DNA of 64,000 bases. Origin: Candidatus Chewarchaeum aethiopicum. Its GTDB lineage: Archaea; Halobacteriota; Halobacteria; Halobacteriales; Hikarchaeaceae. The notes beneath the pieces were generated by a model. It worked only from the letters and a program-made list of their open reading frames with translations, ran no database searches and was not told the DNA's origin. The stretch's first letter is position 1; every line of letters starts with the position of its first letter. Location of the stretch: NCBI GenBank assembly GCA_034190395.1, contig JAXINS010000017.1, positions 36,179-100,178 on the forward strand, read 5' to 3'. A program made the translations under genes and the position numbers. Below are positions 60,764-64,000 of the stretch, one piece after another.

Positions 60764-61044
60764 AAGTTGAAACAGACGTCACCGCCAATAGACGGTCGGT
60801 GGCCGCGGGAGCGATCGAACGGGTCGGTCGTGAACGCCTCGATGGCGACGTGAAGGAGTTCCAAAATCGCCCCACTGGTTCGAAACCGGATCGCTGCCGG
60901 CCTGACACCAGTCGGGCTCGGTACCCACCAACCGGGATCGTTCAAGCGTTGGGGGCGATTACAGTGGCCGGCGCTGAGACGCGGAATATCAATCCTGAAT
61001 ACGCCGACGGGTAGGCTTTTGTCCGCCGATTGTGATGCGCGGGT

Positions 61045-62427
61045 ATGGACGACGTCGATGCCATCGCGTTCGGAACCGACGGATGGCGCGCCACGTTGGA
61101 GACGTTTACGACGCCCCGTGTGCGGATGGTTGGCCAAGCCGTCGCGACCTATCTCGATGAACAGGCGAAGTCGGGAGCGGTCATGATCGGATACGACGCC
61201 CGCGAATCCTCGCGTGGCTTCGCCGAGGAACTCGCTCGGGTACTCGCGGCGAACGGCCGTGATGTCCTGTTACCCGAGCGGGATCGGCCGACGCCGTTGA
61301 TCGCCTGGACGGTCGTTGACCGGGAGCTGGCGGGGGCATTGATGGTGACGGCGTCACACAACCCCCCCGAGTACAACGGCGTGAAGTTCATCCCGGCCGA
61401 TGGCGCCCCGGCACTGCCCGCGGTCACGGAGGCGATCGAGCAGCAACTCGCGGCGCCCGATCCGAAACCGGAATCGACGTGGGGAACGATCCGGGAGATC
61501 GACGTCGTCGCGCCACACGCCCAACAGGCACGGGACCTGATCGGGACCGATCTCACCGGCGTCACGGTCGTCTACGATGCGATGCACGGCAGCGGCCGAG
61601 GAGTGACGGATGCGTTGCTCGAATCGGCCGGAGCGACGGTGATTCGGCGGCGATGTAGCCGCGATCCCACGTTCGGCGGGACACCGCCGGAGCCGAGCCC
61701 CGAGCATCTGACCGGGCTCGTCGACGCCGTCAGGGAACACGATGCGGACGTAGGGCTCGCCAACGACGGCGACGCCGATCGGATCGCCGTCGTCACACCC
61801 GAGCGGGGCTGTCTCGACGGAAACCGGTTGTTCGCCGCGATGTACGACTACCTCCTCGAGACGGCGACCGGCCCGGCGATCCGGACGGTCTCGACGACGT
61901 TTCTGATCGATCGGATCGCCGAGGCACACGGCGAAGCCGTCCACGAAACGCCGGTCGGGTTCAAATGGGTCGCCGACGCGATGGCCGAACACGACGCACT
62001 CATCGGTGGCGAGGAGTCGGGCGGCTACTCGATTCGAGGCCACGTCCGGGAGAAAGACGGCGTTCTGATGGCACTGCTGGCGGCCGCCGCGGCGGTCGAT
62101 CAACCGCTCGACGATCGCCTCGATGCACTCCTTGCCGCCCACGGCGAAATCCACCAGGACAAACGAAGCGTCGACTGTCCCGACGCCGAAAAACAGCGAG
62201 TCATCACGGCCCTCGGCGAGGAACTCCCCACGACGGTCGCCGGCGAACCCGTCGAGGAGGTCAATGATGCCGATGGCTTCAAGATCCTGTTGGCGGACGG
62301 GTCGTGGCTGTTGATCAGACCGAGCGGAACCGAACCGGTGTTACGGGTCTATGCCGAGGCAGGCAGTCACGAGCGTGTCGACGAGCTACTGACAGCGGGA
62401 GAGGCCCTCGTCGAACCGCTCGTGTAG
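61045..62427 (+). CDS. pmm: Phosphomannomutase/phosphoglucomutase
   Basis: FGTDGWR, TASHNP, DGDADR, GGEESGG, RPSGTEP. Confidence 0.95.
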   Translation: MDDVDAIAFGTDGWRATLETFTTPRVRMVGQAVATYLDEQAKSGAVMIGYDARESSRGFAEELARVLAANGRDVLLPERDRPTPLIAWTVVDRELAGALMVTASHNPPEYNGVKFIPADGAPALPAVTEAIEQQLAAPDPKPESTWGTIREIDVVAPHAQQARDLIGTDLTGVTVVYDAMHGSGRGVTDALLESAGATVIRRRCSRDPTFGGTPPEPSPEHLTGLVDAVREHDADVGLANDGDADRIAVVTPERGCLDGNRLFAAMYDYLLETATGPAIRTVSTTFLIDRIAEAHGEAVHETPVGFKWVADAMAEHDALIGGEESGGYSIRGHVREKDGVLMALLAAAAAVDQPLDDRLDALLAAHGEIHQDKRSVDCPDAEKQRVITALGEELPTTVAGEPVEEVNDADGFKILLADGSWLLIRPSGTEPVLRVYAEAGSHERVDELLTAGEALVEPLV

Positions 62428-62465
62428 CCAAGCTGCGTCGCCACACGCGCACCGATGAACGGCCG

Positions 62466-62888
62466 TCAGTTCGAGGACGGATCGTACCGGCCCCGGAAGC
62501 GATCCCCGTCGTCGATCGACGTGATCGCAAAACCAAGCGAGCGATAGAACGGGCGTGCGCTGGCATCGAATTCGGCGACGATCGGTGTTGATCCGTCGTC
62601 GATCCGTTCGATCAGTGCGGTGCCGATGTCTCGGTCCCGAACGGTCGATCGAACGGCAATCGCCTCGATTCGGGATCTCGCGTCATGAGTCGTATCGACG
62701 ACGATAACCCCGAGGATCCGATCGGTCGACGACCGTACCGCAACGTAGACGTCTTCGGTGTCGATCCGTGTTTGGACGGTCGCTCGCTCGATGTCGAGCA
62801 TCGCCCCATCCAAGAGGCGCATGACGGGGAGCAACTCAGTCGCCGCCGCGGGCCGGATCCGCACGTCGTCAGGAATCGCGGTGGGCAT
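62466..62888 (-). CDS. GNAT N-acetyltransferase
   Basis: IAVR..VRDRDIGTAL, PFYRSLGF. Confidence 0.8.
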   Translation of the reverse strand: MPTAIPDDVRIRPAAATELLPVMRLLDGAMLDIERATVQTRIDTEDVYVAVRSSTDRILGVIVVDTTHDARSRIEAIAVRSTVRDRDIGTALIERIDDGSTPIVAEFDASARPFYRSLGFAITSIDDGDRFRGRYDPSSN

Positions 62889-63363
62889 CGAGTTCGGCGA
62901 GGATATCGTCGATCGACGGCCGATCGAACGTCGAACGGCCCTGATGACGCCAGACGATTTCGGGCGAGTCCCCACGGAGATCGATGATCGTCGCGACGGG
63001 CATTCGGCCGAGGAAATCCGAGAGATCGCCGATGATGCCAAACCGGACGGGCTGATCATAGGCATCACCGACAGCGGCATCGGGATCGGCAATCAGCGGA
63101 AAGGGCAGGTCGTACTCGGTCTGCCACTGTTCGACCCGTTCGGGCGGTTCCGGGACGACCGAAACGACGACCGCATCGCGCTCGCGGAATTCCTCGTACC
63201 GATCGGCGACCGACTGCACCTGCTTGCGGCAGTTCGTACAGTAGTGATCACGCTGGAGCAACAACACGGCGAAGTCATACTCCGTGGCGAGGGCCGACAA
63301 CGACAGCGGATCCGGACCGGCACCAACGTTGCGAAGTTCGAAGTCGCGTGCCTCAGTGCTCAT
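62869..63363 (-). CDS. Peroxiredoxin-like AhpC/TSA redoxin
   Basis: DFEL, RDHYCTNCR (CxxC), PFPLIADP, DRP. Confidence 0.85.
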   Translation of the reverse strand: MSTEARDFELRNVGAGPDPLSLSALATEYDFAVLLLQRDHYCTNCRKQVQSVADRYEEFRERDAVVVSVVPEPPERVEQWQTEYDLPFPLIADPDAAVGDAYDQPVRFGIIGDLSDFLGRMPVATIIDLRGDSPEIVWRHQGRSTFDRPSIDDILAELDAHRDS

Positions 63364-63409
63364 AATGGCCATCAGGGACCGGGACGCTAAAGCGATTCGC
63401 CGGTTCCGG

Positions 63410-63610
63410 TCAGCCGCCTTTGACCAACCGAAGGACGGTGACGTGCTCGGCCTCGACCGGCGCATCCTCGGGGACGGGCTGGCCGTCGACCAACACCGAG
63501 GCCTCCTGGGGGGAGAGATCGACGGCCGCAAGCAGATCGGCGTAGGTGGCGTCGCCGGCCATCGTGAGGTCGTGTACGTCCTCACCGACAACCTCCACCG
63601 TCACGTCCAT
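63410..63610 (-). CDS. samp2: Ubiquitin-like small archaeal modifier protein 2
   Basis: 66 aa beta-grasp, VLVDGQPVPED, C-terminal LRLVKGG. Confidence 0.92.
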   Translation of the reverse strand: MDVTVEVVGEDVHDLTMAGDATYADLLAAVDLSPQEASVLVDGQPVPEDAPVEAEHVTVLRLVKGG

Positions 63611-63662
63611 AGCCACCGATACGATCGACGGGACTTTCAGCGTATCGTGTCGGTCCGTGCCG

Positions 63663-64000
63663 TCAGCCACGGTTGGTGCCGAACTGAAAGCCGTCCGCGT
63701 CGGTGCGGTCGTCCCGACGCGTATGATAGGCACGGTAGAGTTCCCGCCCGAGCGCGCCGAATCCGAGCAACACCACGACGAAGTCGAAGAGCCCGCCGAT
63801 CCATGGGATCCGCGTCAGGAGCCCGACGACGAGTACGCCCACAAGCAGGGCCACCCAACGGTGGTGTCGATCGAGCAGCGAGAGGATCCAGACACCGACG
63901 GCGAACCGACCATAGACGCTCCCGATCCACAGCCCCAGCCCGAAGACGAGAAAGCCAGCGATTGCCAGTGGAATCCCCACCAGCGTCAGCATGACAATCA
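63663..64000 (-). CDS. C-terminal part of a polytopic membrane protein (bactofilin/polymer-forming family-like), 5'-partial
   Basis: TLVGIPL..., IPWIGG..., LLGFGAL. Frame runs off the window end. Confidence 0.6.
   Translation of the reverse strand, partial: IVMLTLVGIPLAIAGFLVFGLGLWIGSVYGRFAVGVWILSLLDRHHRWVALLVGVLVVGLLTRIPWIGGLFDFVVVLLGFGALGRELYRAYHTRRDDRTDADGFQFGTNRG

Noticed and set aside
60430..60770. RNase P RNA or SRP RNA as the explanation for the structured intergenic region
   Set aside because: It lacks their conserved motifs. The ends and residual peptide fit IS200/IS605 tnpB instead.
60875..60889. T-arm-like GGTTCGAAACC (similar sequence near 28298)
   Set aside because: No D-arm, anticodon arm or acceptor stem around it.
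1..64000. Many long antisense or alternate-frame ORFs (e.g. 5095..6615-, 7779..9320-, 9771..11420+, 11472..12953+, 41866..43281+)
   Set aside because: They shadow recognisable genes, are Arg/Pro-rich with no family motifs, and are expected in high-GC DNA.
1..64000. CRISPR array, rRNA, tRNA, integrase, prophage or defence genes
   Set aside because: No regularly spaced repeats, cloverleafs or such protein motifs were seen by eye.

Overview
GC-rich haloarchaeal (Halobacteria) chromosomal segment, judged from acidic cytoplasmic proteins, TiaS, CarS, aRF1, SAMP2, Tyw1, archaeal RibK/RibB and mostly leaderless genes. About 68 genes. A housekeeping backbone (citZ, tiaS, NCS2, PRT, pyrE, carS, proline dehydrogenase, DUF502, ilvE, ribB, ribK, tyw1, argS, prf1, rpiA, coaBC, pmm, samp2) is interrupted by accessory blocks. 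Block 1 is an ~11 kb amide/peptide catabolic cluster around proline dehydrogenase: four M24-fold enzymes (two lacking the canonical metal ligands), a prolidase-type amidohydrolase and a PotABCD-like ABC importer with an unusually basic binding protein. Block 2 is an MFS-CocE-D-aminoacylase operon. Block 3 is a lysWXYZJK operon with a degenerate LysW. Block 4 is an A-type heme-copper oxidase cluster with small accessory proteins. Not in the ORF track but read directly from the sequence: a 55-aa DUF1931 histone-fold gene, a ~310 bp non-autonomous IS200/IS605 (IS1341-like) mini-element that keeps the tnpB 3' end and the putative omega/reRNA, a strongly nested candidate structured RNA near 33.0-33.2 kb, and several candidate operators. 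No rRNA, tRNA or CRISPR array was found. All family calls come from motif recognition, not database searches.
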